This document shows positions 10,499 to 19,823 of a stretch of DNA of 64,000 nt, piece after piece; position 1 is the stretch's first letter; the number at the start of each line of letters is the position of its first letter. A model generated the notes under the pieces. That model worked only from the letters and a program-made list of their open reading frames with translations, was not told the DNA's origin and did not search any database. The position numbers and the translations under genes were made by a program. The stretch lies in contig CBDBDQ010000005.1 in assembly GCA_965203905.1 (NCBI GenBank), forward strand, positions 6,240,001 to 6,304,000. Direction: 5' to 3'. This stretch comes from Spirochaetia bacterium. GTDB lineage: Bacteria; Spirochaetota; Spirochaetia; SZUA-6; Bin103.

Positions 10499-11409
10499 GT
10501 CACTACACGTCTCCCAATCGCCGTCACGATCGGCGCTTCTTCTACAAGTACATGCCCGCTGAAACGGCACGAATCGTTCTCGCCAACCGTACCCTTCGGT
10601 GGAGCGCTCCCGTGCTGTTTAATGACCCCTTCGATATTCATCCGGACACGCTTCACTTCAATGGCGTCGAATTGCAGCATGCACTGATGGAAGAGATCTC
10701 ATCTCTGTTGTGTAATCCAGCTAATACCGTTGTCGCTGATCCACGGTTGGAGTACCTGCTTGACGTCGCCCGTCGGTCAACTCCGGAACAACGTGCGGCG
10801 ATGGCCGCGGTTACGAAAGAGTACAAGCCATTCGTTCCAGATCCAGCTAACGACTCCCTCCAGGAGCTGAAACAGGTCTGGAGTGATATGGTATCCAACA
10901 TGCGCGTTCTGTGCTTATCGGAAGTCAATGACCTTACGGCGATGTGGGCGCACTACGCGGCGAGTGCTACCGGAGTTGTCCTACAATTCGAGGCAGTCTA
11001 CGGTCTCGACAGCGTCTTCCTGCGGGCTCGTCCCGTAACGTACGACGACTCTCCACCAGCGATAACCTGCGCTCGGAAATGGGCTTTTCGGATGACTCGT
11101 ACGCCCGATTGGCAGAACGACATGAGCTTCTTCGATAACTACGAACATACAAAGACGACCGAGTGGAGAGCCGAGAAGGAATGGCGCATCTCATCAATGA
11201 AGAGAAGGGGAGAAGTTGGAAAGTACAGTGACTATCCGTTCAACGTTCGCGAGCTTAGTGCTGTCTACTTCGGTTGGAAGTGTACGAAAGATCATCGAGC
11301 GGAGATTACGTGCTTGCTATCGCATGGCCTGGACCACGTAAGGATGTTCTGCACCTATCCCGATCCGAGATCGCGGAGGTACGTGTTCAAGGAAGTGGCG
11401 CGTGCATAG
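10495..11409 (+). CDS. DUF2971 domain protein
   Basis: FFYKY, FNDPFD, LCLSE, MWAHYA, GVVLQF, V-x-Y, KTTEWRAEKEWR, VYFG; ATGA overlap with the upstream gene. Confidence 0.85.
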   Translation: MSHYTSPNRRHDRRFFYKYMPAETARIVLANRTLRWSAPVLFNDPFDIHPDTLHFNGVELQHALMEEISSLLCNPANTVVADPRLEYLLDVARRSTPEQRAAMAAVTKEYKPFVPDPANDSLQELKQVWSDMVSNMRVLCLSEVNDLTAMWAHYAASATGVVLQFEAVYGLDSVFLRARPVTYDDSPPAITCARKWAFRMTRTPDWQNDMSFFDNYEHTKTTEWRAEKEWRISSMKRRGEVGKYSDYPFNVRELSAVYFGWKCTKDHRAEITCLLSHGLDHVRMFCTYPDPRSRRYVFKEVARA

Positions 11410-11537
11410 CACTCCGAAATCATGCCGCACAAGACGGACGAGCTTGGACACAGCAGCTCTTCAGCGAGCCTTTCGTAGATCGAAAACAGGAATCTGCTGC
11501 TCAACGACCCGCGCGGGTGAAGCCGGAACTACATGCC

Positions 11538-11850
11538 ATGAGCGCTGACCCCACCGGCCGCAGTCTGTTCATCGTTGACAACAGCGTCTCCGGTTGGCCT
11601 GAACTGCGCTACCTGAAAGGAGTGGGAGCATTCGACATCACCCACTGGATTCCTCGATATCACAGTGCTTGAACTGGACAGAGAGTGGCAGCGGCTTGAC
11701 CGTATTCGACTGCTGATGGATCCGAAACCAGCCAGGGTACGCGACGCGCGCGACTCGGCTCGGTTCGCGAACGTGCAGTCGAAGCACTCGACCTCAGCCT
11801 GGAATCTGACAAGCACGCCAACCCTTTCCTGCGCGGCGTACCAGTCCGTC
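11538..11850 (+). pseudogene. Frameshifted 5' fragment of a PLD-SNF2 helicase gene (different subfamily from the 12029 gene)
   Basis: Fragments in shifting frames: LFIVDNSVSGW..LRYL, FDI, LDREWQRLDRIRLLM, ALDLSLESDKHANPFLRGVP; ends at the repeat copy 2 junction. Confidence 0.7.
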
Positions 11851-11944
11851 CTGATCGTCGCCATCCCAGTGAGGCTGGTCTGCGACGTGTCCCTTGACCA
11901 CCTGATCCAGGGCTTCACCGTCGGCGCGGTCACGGGTTAGATTG
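11845..11944 (+). repeat. 100-bp direct repeat, copy 2 (decayed permease 3' end)
   Basis: Encodes SVLIVAIPVRLVCDVSLDHLIQGFTVGAVTG* versus SALIVAIPVGLVYNVFLDRLIQGFTVGAVKG*. Confidence 0.95.
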
Positions 11945-12028
11945 CAACCACGCGCCGCAGCCGCGCCACGTGCGACTACCTGCCGCCGACTCGGCCCTTG
12001 GAGGCACTTGCGCTTTACGGAAGATACC

Positions 12029-15000
12029 ATGCCACTAATTTTTGACAACCTGAGTCCCGACGCCACGCTCCTGTCCGCGCTCCGCACCACGTTGGACCTG
12101 TCGCAGCGAGCCGATTTTTGCGTCGGTTACTTCAATCTGCGCGGCTGGAAGCACGTCGATCGGTACGTGGAACCGTGGACCGCGAACGGCCAGGCGGCTC
12201 GTATCCTCATCGGCATGCAGAAACTCCCGCACGACGAGTTGCGAGAAACACTCAGTGTGTTGGACACCCGGGCCATCGACAACCAGACAGCGCTTCGTCT
12301 GAAGCAACGTCTGGCCGAGCAGTTTCGCGACCAACTGGTGATGGGCGCGCCCACGAACGACGACGAGGCGGCATTGCAGCGGCTGGTCAGGCAACTCCGT
12401 GCCGGCAAGGTCGTGGTCAAGCTCTTCCTGCGTCATCCGCTGCACGCCAAGCTGTACCTCTGCTTCCGCGACGATCCGGTCAGTCCGGTGGTGGGGTACC
12501 TCGGCAGCAGCAATCTTACGTTCTCCGGCCTGTCAGGCCAGGGCGAGTTGAACGTAGACGTGCTCGATCAGGACGCATGCAGCAAGCTGAGCCGGTGGTT
12601 CGAAGAACGATGGAACGACCGCTATTGTGCCGACATCACTCAGGAGTTGATCCGGATCATCGAGGAGAGCTGGGCACGGCAGGAACTGATACCGCCTTAC
12701 CACGTCTATCTCAAGATGGCGTACCACCTATCCCACGAAGCCCGTGTTGGCTTGGCGGAGTTCAGGATTCCCAGTGACTTCGGAGACCGACTGTTCGAGT
12801 TCCAGAAAGCAGCCGTGAAGATTGCCGCCCACCACCTGAACAAGCGCAACGGTGTGCTCATCGGCGACGTGGTCGGCCTCGGCAAGACGCTGATGGCCAC
12901 TGCAGTCGCTCGCATCTTCGAGGATGACTACGGGCTGGAAACGCTGATTCTGTGCCCGAAGAACCTCGTGCAAATGTGGGAGGATTACGCGCACACGTAC
13001 CGGCTGCGCGCGCGGGTGTTGTCTCAGAGTCAGGTCATCGGCAAGCTTCCCACGCTGCGTCGATATCGCCTGGTCGTGATCGACGAGAGTCACAACCTCC
13101 GCAACCGCGACGGTAAACGGTACCGCGCCATCCGGGAGTACATCCGCGGCAACGACAGCAAGGTCATCCTGCTGTCGGCCACCCCTTACAACAAGACCTA
13201 CCTTGATTTGTCGAATCAACTGCGCCTCTTCGTAGAGGATGAGCAGGACCTGGGCATACGACCGGAGAGATTGCTGCGCGAGTTGGGAGAGGTCGAGTTC
13301 AGCCGGCGCCACCAAGCGTCACCTCGCACTCTCGCAGCGTTCGACCACAGCAGGTACGCCGACGATTGGCGTGATCTGATGCGGCTGTACCTCGTCCGCC
13401 GAACCCGCAGCTTCATTCAGGACAACTATGCCGAAACGGATCCGGACAGCGGCCGCAAGTTCCTGACCTACGAGGATGGCGAACGGTCATACTTTCCGGC
13501 ACGCGTTCCCCAGACCATCACGTTCGCCATCGACGAGGCGGATCCGACGGACCAGTACGCCCGCCTCTACGCACCGGGCGTCGTGTCGACGATCAACGCG
13601 CTGCACCTGCCCCGCTATGGATTGGGGAATTACCTCTCCGACTCCCCGGACTCTCCGCCGACGAGCGCCGAAGAGAAGCACATCCAGGATCTTTCGCGTG
13701 CCGGGAAACGCCTCATGGGCTTCTGCCGGACCAACCTGTTCAAGCGTCTCGAGAGCAGCGGCGCGGCATTCCTGCTGTCCGTGGAGCGCCACCTGCTACG
13801 CAACCACGTGTTCCTCCACGCCCTGCGGAACGGACTGCCGCTCCCTCTCGGGACGCAGGACGCCGAGATGCTCGACCTACGATTCACCGACTCCGATGCG
13901 GATGCGGGCCATGCTCCGCTCCCGAACGCCGACGACGAGCAGGAGCAGGACTCCGATGGTGATTTGGGAAGCTTGGGGATTGCGGACGACGTGACCACCG
14001 CCGGCGTCGAGCGCCGCGCCGCTGCGGTGTACGCCGAGTACGCGGGAAGATACCGGAGCCGGTTCCGCTGGCTGCGGTCGGACCTCTTCGTCGACTCCCT
14101 GGAACACAGACTCCAAGCGGACTCCGACGCGCTGCTCGGCATCCTGCGGACACACGGCCCTTGGAACCAGGAGCACGACGCCAAGCTGCACTCGCTGCAC
14201 TCGCTGCTGACGAAGACCTTCCCCGACCGGAAAGTGCTGGTCTTCTCCCAGTTCGCGGACACGGTGCGCTACCTCGAAGCACAACTCCGGCGCCTGGGCG
14301 TGGATCGGGTGGCAGGCGTGACCGGCGACTCGGACTACCCGACCCGGTTCGCCTGGCGCTTCAGCCCGGCAAGCAACCGGAGGCCGCTGACCGAGACCCC
14401 GGAACGGGAACTCAGGGTGCTCATCGCCACCGACGTACTGAGCGAAGGGCAGAATCTGCAGGACTGTGCCATCGTGGTCAACTACGACCTGCCGTGGGCC
14501 ATCATCAGGCTCATCCAGCGCGCCGGCCGCGTCGACCGCATCGGCCAGAGCGCGGACGAGATACTGTGCCATTCCTTCCTGCCGGCCGACGGCGTCGAAC
14601 GCATCATCACGCTGCGCAAGCGGGTACGGGAGCGTCTCAAGGAGAACGCCGAGGTAGTCGGCGCGGACGAGGCGTTCTTCGAAGACGAGGCCGACGACCG
14701 GACCATCCTGAACCTGTACCACGAGCAGGCCGGGATCCTGGACGGCGACGCCGACGGCGAGGTCGATCTGGCGTCACATGCCTATCAGATATGGAAGAAC
14801 GCCATCGACCGTGACCTCGGTCTGGAGAAGACCGTCGCTGCACTCCCCGACGTGGTCTTCTCGTCACGCGAGCACCGGCCGACCGCGGAGCGACCGGAGG
14901 GAGTCCTGGTGTTCATACGCAGCCAGGATGGAAACCACGCACTCGCCTACGTTGGGCAGGACGGCGAGAGCATCACCGAATCGCAGTTGGAAATCCTCTC

Positions 15001-15439
15001 CGCCGCGCAGTGTGAGCCAGAGGAGCCGGCACAGCCGCACCACGAAAGCCATCACCAATTGGTCGCCGATGGGATCAGGCACATGGTGGCCGAGGAAAAA
15101 CGCGTCGGCGGCCAGTTGGGCAGGCCCTCCGGTGCGCGGTTCCGCACCTACACCCGGCTCAAGGCGTATGCGGACTCGATAAGGGGCGAACTGTTCGACG
15201 TTCCCGAGTTGCACCGCGCGTTGGACGACATATACCGGTATCCCCTGCGCCAATCGGCCGTCGACACTCTGAACCGGCAGTTGCGGAGCGGCATCGACGA
15301 TGACGCGCTTGCAGACCTCGTCATCGCGTTCCGGGACGACGACCGGCTGTGCCTCACCGGTGACGACGAAGGCGAGATCCACGAGCCGCGCATCATCTGC
15401 TCGCTGGGACTGTTCGGTGCGGAAAATGTGAGTCACTGA
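12029..15439 (+). CDS. PLD nuclease-SNF2/SF2 helicase fusion (RM-associated)
   Basis: N-terminal HAKLY and GSSNLT (PLD HxK), GDVVGLGKT, DESHN, SATP, EGQNLQD, QRAGRVDR. Confidence 0.9.
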   Translation: MPLIFDNLSPDATLLSALRTTLDLSQRADFCVGYFNLRGWKHVDRYVEPWTANGQAARILIGMQKLPHDELRETLSVLDTRAIDNQTALRLKQRLAEQFRDQLVMGAPTNDDEAALQRLVRQLRAGKVVVKLFLRHPLHAKLYLCFRDDPVSPVVGYLGSSNLTFSGLSGQGELNVDVLDQDACSKLSRWFEERWNDRYCADITQELIRIIEESWARQELIPPYHVYLKMAYHLSHEARVGLAEFRIPSDFGDRLFEFQKAAVKIAAHHLNKRNGVLIGDVVGLGKTLMATAVARIFEDDYGLETLILCPKNLVQMWEDYAHTYRLRARVLSQSQVIGKLPTLRRYRLVVIDESHNLRNRDGKRYRAIREYIRGNDSKVILLSATPYNKTYLDLSNQLRLFVEDEQDLGIRPERLLRELGEVEFSRRHQASPRTLAAFDHSRYADDWRDLMRLYLVRRTRSFIQDNYAETDPDSGRKFLTYEDGERSYFPARVPQTITFAIDEADPTDQYARLYAPGVVSTINALHLPRYGLGNYLSDSPDSPPTSAEEKHIQDLSRAGKRLMGFCRTNLFKRLESSGAAFLLSVERHLLRNHVFLHALRNGLPLPLGTQDAEMLDLRFTDSDADAGHAPLPNADDEQEQDSDGDLGSLGIADDVTTAGVERRAAAVYAEYAGRYRSRFRWLRSDLFVDSLEHRLQADSDALLGILRTHGPWNQEHDAKLHSLHSLLTKTFPDRKVLVFSQFADTVRYLEAQLRRLGVDRVAGVTGDSDYPTRFAWRFSPASNRRPLTETPERELRVLIATDVLSEGQNLQDCAIVVNYDLPWAIIRLIQRAGRVDRIGQSADEILCHSFLPADGVERIITLRKRVRERLKENAEVVGADEAFFEDEADDRTILNLYHEQAGILDGDADGEVDLASHAYQIWKNAIDRDLGLEKTVAALPDVVFSSREHRPTAERPEGVLVFIRSQDGNHALAYVGQDGESITESQLEILSAAQCEPEEPAQPHHESHHQLVADGIRHMVAEEKRVGGQLGRPSGARFRTYTRLKAYADSIRGELFDVPELHRALDDIYRYPLRQSAVDTLNRQLRSGIDDDALADLVIAFRDDDRLCLTGDDEGEIHEPRIICSLGLFGAENVSH

Positions 15440-18400
15440 TGCCGCCCCGCGTAGAAGACCTCCGCCCGCACCTCCAATCATTCGACTTCCGGAACCTCTT
15501 CGTCGAGGGCCTCGGCTGGAACCACCACCACGGTAAGCCGATCCACCTCAGCGCCGACGGGACCGATTACACCCTGCAGCCACTTGCCGAGAAGGCTGGA
15601 TTCGTCGTCTATCTGTGTGAGCCCGGCGCAGACGGCGCTATCCCGCTCTACCCGGTGCGCCGGAAGATCGAGCACCAGATCGTCAAGCGGTCCTTCGAGC
15701 ACATGATCGTGTTCGTCGACGACGCGAAGAGCACCCAGGTGTGGCAGTGGGTCAAGCGGGAGGTTGGCCAGCCCCTCGCCTACCACCAGTATTCATTCAG
15801 CGCGGGTCAACGCGGCGACCCGTTGCTGCAACGCCTACCGACCCTCGGCTTTGATCTGGACGACGAGGAAGGGCTGACCATCGGCATAGTCGCCTCGCGC
15901 GTGCGGCAGGCCTTGGACGTGGAACGTCTGACCAAGCGCTTCTACGAACGGTTCAGGAAGGAACTGGCTGCCTTCCAGCGGTTCATCGACGGTATTGCGG
16001 CGCAAGGCGACCGAGAGTGGTACGCGTCGTTGATGCTCAACAGGATGATGTTCGTCTACTTCGTGCAGAAGCAAGGGTTTCTCGACGGGGACCCGGACTA
16101 TCTGCGCAATCGCCTGACGATGGTTCAGCACGAGCAGCGCGGGAACGGCAGTGGAAGGTTCCATCAGTTCTATCGGCTGTTTCTGATCAGGCTGTTTCAC
16201 GAGGGGCTGGGGCAGCCCGAGGCTCAGCGCGCCCCCGATCTTGCTGCGTTGCTGGGCAAAGTTCCATTTCTGAACGGCGGCCTGTTCGAGGTCCACGACC
16301 TGGAGCATAGCAATCCCGCGATCAGTATCCCGGACGAGGCGTTCGAGAAGGTGTTCGCCTTCTTCGACGGCTACCGCTGGCATCTGGACGAGCGCCCCGA
16401 TCGCGAGGACAACGAGATCAACCCGGATGTGCTCGGCTACATCTTCGAGAAGTACGTCAACCAGAAACAGATGGGGGCGTACTACACCAAGGAGGACATC
16501 ACCGGATATATCTCGCGCAACACCGTGATACCGTTCCTGTTCGACGCCGCCAGGAAACAGTGTCCCGTGGCGTTCCAGCCCGGCGGCGGCGTCTGGCGTC
16601 TGCTGCAGGATGACCCCGACCGGTATATCTACCCTGCCGTCGGCCACGGGATGGCATGGAAGTACTCGCCCGACGCTGATCCCGAGCGTCAGGAGGAAGA
16701 GAACGAACTACCCGACGAGATTGCGGTAGGGGTGGATGATGTGTCACTGCGGGACGGATGGAACAGGCCCGCGCCGGACGCGTATGCGCTGCCTACCGAG
16801 ACGTGGCGCGAAGTGGTCGCCCGCCGGCGACGGTACGCTGAGGTGCGTGCCAAGGTCGAAGCTGGCACGGTGCACGACGTCAACGACATGGTCACGCTCA
16901 ACCTCGACATCGAGCGGTTTGCCAAAGATGTCATCGTGCAGGCCGAAGGGACAGATCTCCTGCGCGCGTTCTGGCACGCCATGCGCGACGTTGCGGTGCT
17001 GGACCCGACTTGCGGCTCCGGCGCGTTCCTGTTCGCTGCCCTGAATATCCTCGAACCATTGTACTCCGCGTGCATCGAGGGGATGCGGGGATTCCTCGAC
17101 GACCTGGACCGCACCCGGCGACCGCATCACCCGCGTGCGTTGCAGGACTTCCGGGACGTGCTCGCCCAGGTCGACCGACACCCCAGCGTCCGGTACTTCA
17201 TTCTCAAGTCGATAGTGCTCAACAACCTTTATGGTGTCGACATCATGGAAGAGGCGGTCGAGATCTGCAAACTGCGCCTGTTCCTGAAGCTGGTTGCCCA
17301 GTTGGAACGCTATGATCAGATCGAGCCTCTGCCGGATATTGACTTCAACATCCGCGCCGGCAACACTCTGGTGGGATTCACTTCACTGGATGCCGTGCGC
17401 CATGCCATCACGATGGAACCGGACGGCCAGCACCGAGCATTGTACGGCGAAGACCACGCTACGCTGGCGCGCATAGACGAAAGCGCCGAAATCGCCAGCC
17501 GTGCGTTCGACCAGTTCAGAAAGCAGCAGACAGCCTTGGGCGGCGAAGTGACCGCCGCCGACAAGGCGAATCTCCGCAGCCGCCTGGACACCCTGGAATC
17601 TGAACTGAACCGCTTCGTGGCAATCGAGTACCGAATCAACCCGGAAGACCGCGCTGCTTACGACTCCTGGTGCGACAGTCACCAGCCTTTCCACTGGTTC
17701 GTGGAGTTCTATGGCGTTATGGATCGTGGCGGGTTTGATGTGATCATCGGGAATCCACCGTACGTGGAGTATAGCAAGATTCGCAAGACGTATCAAGCCA
17801 AGAGTCTATCGACAGAACGATGCGGCAATCTGTATGCGCTCTGCACTGAACGAAGCCTAGACATTCTTCGCATGGGCGGACGGTTCGGCTTCATCGTACA
17901 AGCTCCGATTGTTTCGACGCAACGCATGGCTCCTTTGCGGATACTTATTCGCGAGCGTTCCGACTTCGACGCCTATGCCACGTTCGATGATCGACCGTCG
18001 AAACTGTTCGACGGTATGGATCACTGTCGCGTATGCATCTTATTGGCTCGTACAGGAGCATCTGGCCATGAATCCCTAACCGCTACTACACGATACCACA
18101 AGTGGTACAAGCAAGAGTCGCGGAGTCTTCTCGATCTGCTTCAGTACAAACTGCTTGTTGGTTCTCTCCCCGGCGCTGTAGTCCCGAAGCTACGATCAGG
18201 AGTGGATTCGCGTATATATAACAAAGTACTTAGTCAACCCACGACACTTGGGAGTATCATCTCTGCAATACCTACCAAGAACCGGATCTACTACAAGATC
18301 ACAGGGGTGGGCCATTGGTTCACCTTCACCACCTCACCACCCCGGTTCTGGCGTGATGGCGTGGAAGGCCCATCTACTAGAGAGAGTAGCGTGTGTTTTT

Positions 18401-18798
18401 CCAATGGACTCGCAAGGAACACGGCCTTCTGTTGTCTCTGGAGCACGCTTCACTACTGGTTGTATCAGGCTCGCACGAATTGCCGGGACTTCAACCCGTC
18501 GGACCTGGAATCGATGCCGATTCCGCGTTCCGTCGCTGAAGGCATTGCCAAGTTTCAACACATTGCACAGCGGATTACCGATCAGCTCGAACGAACATCC
18601 GATGTGGCTACCGCCACTTACAACGTTGGTGGGAGAGTGCGCTATCAAAGGTTCAATCCGAAAGCGGCTAAACCGATCATCGACGAAATCGACTACGTGC
18701 TCGCAGAGCACTATGGATTCACTGACGAGGAACTGGACTTCATAATCAACTACGACATCAAGTACCGGATGGGCTTGGGTTCTGGCGGGCGGACATGA
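15439..18798 (+). CDS. Eco57I-like/Type IIG-like N6-adenine DNA methyltransferase with C-terminal target recognition domain
   Basis: VPFLNGGLF, LGYIFE, GAYYT, LDPTCGSGAF (SAM binding), GNPPY (catalytic). Confidence 0.92.
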   Translation: MPPRVEDLRPHLQSFDFRNLFVEGLGWNHHHGKPIHLSADGTDYTLQPLAEKAGFVVYLCEPGADGAIPLYPVRRKIEHQIVKRSFEHMIVFVDDAKSTQVWQWVKREVGQPLAYHQYSFSAGQRGDPLLQRLPTLGFDLDDEEGLTIGIVASRVRQALDVERLTKRFYERFRKELAAFQRFIDGIAAQGDREWYASLMLNRMMFVYFVQKQGFLDGDPDYLRNRLTMVQHEQRGNGSGRFHQFYRLFLIRLFHEGLGQPEAQRAPDLAALLGKVPFLNGGLFEVHDLEHSNPAISIPDEAFEKVFAFFDGYRWHLDERPDREDNEINPDVLGYIFEKYVNQKQMGAYYTKEDITGYISRNTVIPFLFDAARKQCPVAFQPGGGVWRLLQDDPDRYIYPAVGHGMAWKYSPDADPERQEEENELPDEIAVGVDDVSLRDGWNRPAPDAYALPTETWREVVARRRRYAEVRAKVEAGTVHDVNDMVTLNLDIERFAKDVIVQAEGTDLLRAFWHAMRDVAVLDPTCGSGAFLFAALNILEPLYSACIEGMRGFLDDLDRTRRPHHPRALQDFRDVLAQVDRHPSVRYFILKSIVLNNLYGVDIMEEAVEICKLRLFLKLVAQLERYDQIEPLPDIDFNIRAGNTLVGFTSLDAVRHAITMEPDGQHRALYGEDHATLARIDESAEIASRAFDQFRKQQTALGGEVTAADKANLRSRLDTLESELNRFVAIEYRINPEDRAAYDSWCDSHQPFHWFVEFYGVMDRGGFDVIIGNPPYVEYSKIRKTYQAKSLSTERCGNLYALCTERSLDILRMGGRFGFIVQAPIVSTQRMAPLRILIRERSDFDAYATFDDRPSKLFDGMDHCRVCILLARTGASGHESLTATTRYHKWYKQESRSLLDLLQYKLLVGSLPGAVVPKLRSGVDSRIYNKVLSQPTTLGSIISAIPTKNRIYYKITGVGHWFTFTTSPPRFWRDGVEGPSTRESSVCFSNGLARNTAFCCLWSTLHYWLYQARTNCRDFNPSDLESMPIPRSVAEGIAKFQHIAQRITDQLERTSDVATATYNVGGRVRYQRFNPKAAKPIIDEIDYVLAEHYGFTDEELDFIINYDIKYRMGLGSGGRT

Positions 18799-19823
18799 AC
18801 AAGAGCGTGCCACAACTACCAGCGGACTACGTGAGCCTTCTTATGGAAGTGAAGGAACTCATACGCGATGCCCGGTATGCGGCGCTCAAGTCCGTGAACA
18901 AGGAACTGGTCGGTCTGTACTGGGACATCGGTCGCATGATCGTCGAGCGGCAGAAGATTCAAGGCTGGGGTAAGTCGGTAGTCGAGCAGCTCGCCAAGGA
19001 CCTGCGGGCTGAGTTTCCCGGCGTACCGGGGTATTCCGCCCAGAATCTATGGTACATGCGGCAGTTCTTTCTGGAGTATCATGAGGACACAAAACTCCAA
19101 CTGCTGGTTGGAGAAATCAGTTGGACCAAGAATATAGTTATCATGGCGCGGTGCAAGGAGTCGCTGGAGCGCGAGTTCTACATCCGCATGACGCGCAAGT
19201 TCGGCTGGACCAAGAACGTTCTCATCCATCAAATCGACAACCAGAGCTACCAGAAGTACCTGCTGGGCCAGACCAACTTCGATCAGACCGTGACGCCGGA
19301 GCTACGCGCCCAGGCGCACGTGGCGGTCCGTGACGAATACACCTTCAACTTTCTCGATCTGAGCGAGGAGCATAGCGAACGGGAACTGGAGAGAGCGTTG
19401 ATTGCGCGCGTCGAGGATTTCCTGCGCACAATGGGCGGGATGTTCGCCTTCGTCGGTAGTCAGTTCCGCCTGGAGGTGGACGGTGATGAGTACTTCATCG
19501 ACCTGCTGCTGTTCCACCGCCGCCTGCGTTGCCTAGTGGCGGTGGACCTGAAGATCGGTAGATTCCAGCCGGAGTTCGTCGGCAAGATGCAGTTCTACCT
19601 TACCGCGCTCGACCGCACCATGCGCGAAACCGATGAGAACCCTTCCATTGGAATCATCCTCTGCAAGGAGAAGAAACGAACGGTAGTTGAGTACGCCCTG
19701 CACGACGCCCGCAAGCCGATCGGCGTGGCCACCTACCGTATCAGCCGGCACTTGCCGAAAGAACTGGAAGGACAGTTACCCTCGCCGCAGGAAATCGCCC
19801 GACTGCTGGACACCGTCGAATGA
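18795..19823 (+). CDS. YhcG/DUF1016 PD-(D/E)XK nuclease family protein
   Basis: YWDIG, WGKSVV, SERELE, IDLLLFHRRLRCLVAVDLK, GKMQFY, GIILC. Confidence 0.93.
   Translation: MNKSVPQLPADYVSLLMEVKELIRDARYAALKSVNKELVGLYWDIGRMIVERQKIQGWGKSVVEQLAKDLRAEFPGVPGYSAQNLWYMRQFFLEYHEDTKLQLLVGEISWTKNIVIMARCKESLEREFYIRMTRKFGWTKNVLIHQIDNQSYQKYLLGQTNFDQTVTPELRAQAHVAVRDEYTFNFLDLSEEHSERELERALIARVEDFLRTMGGMFAFVGSQFRLEVDGDEYFIDLLLFHRRLRCLVAVDLKIGRFQPEFVGKMQFYLTALDRTMRETDENPSIGIILCKEKKRTVVEYALHDARKPIGVATYRISRHLPKELEGQLPSPQEIARLLDTVE

Noticed and set aside
9570-11944. The 100-bp repeat pair as a DGR template/variable repeat
   Set aside because: Only 5 of 11 mismatches are at A in copy 1 and 3 at A in copy 2; the others are C/T changes. 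No reverse transcriptase in the window, and the target is a permease.
12029-18798. Complete DISARM or BREX system
   Set aside because: No DrmA/DrmB (DUF1998), PglZ or BrxC recognisable.
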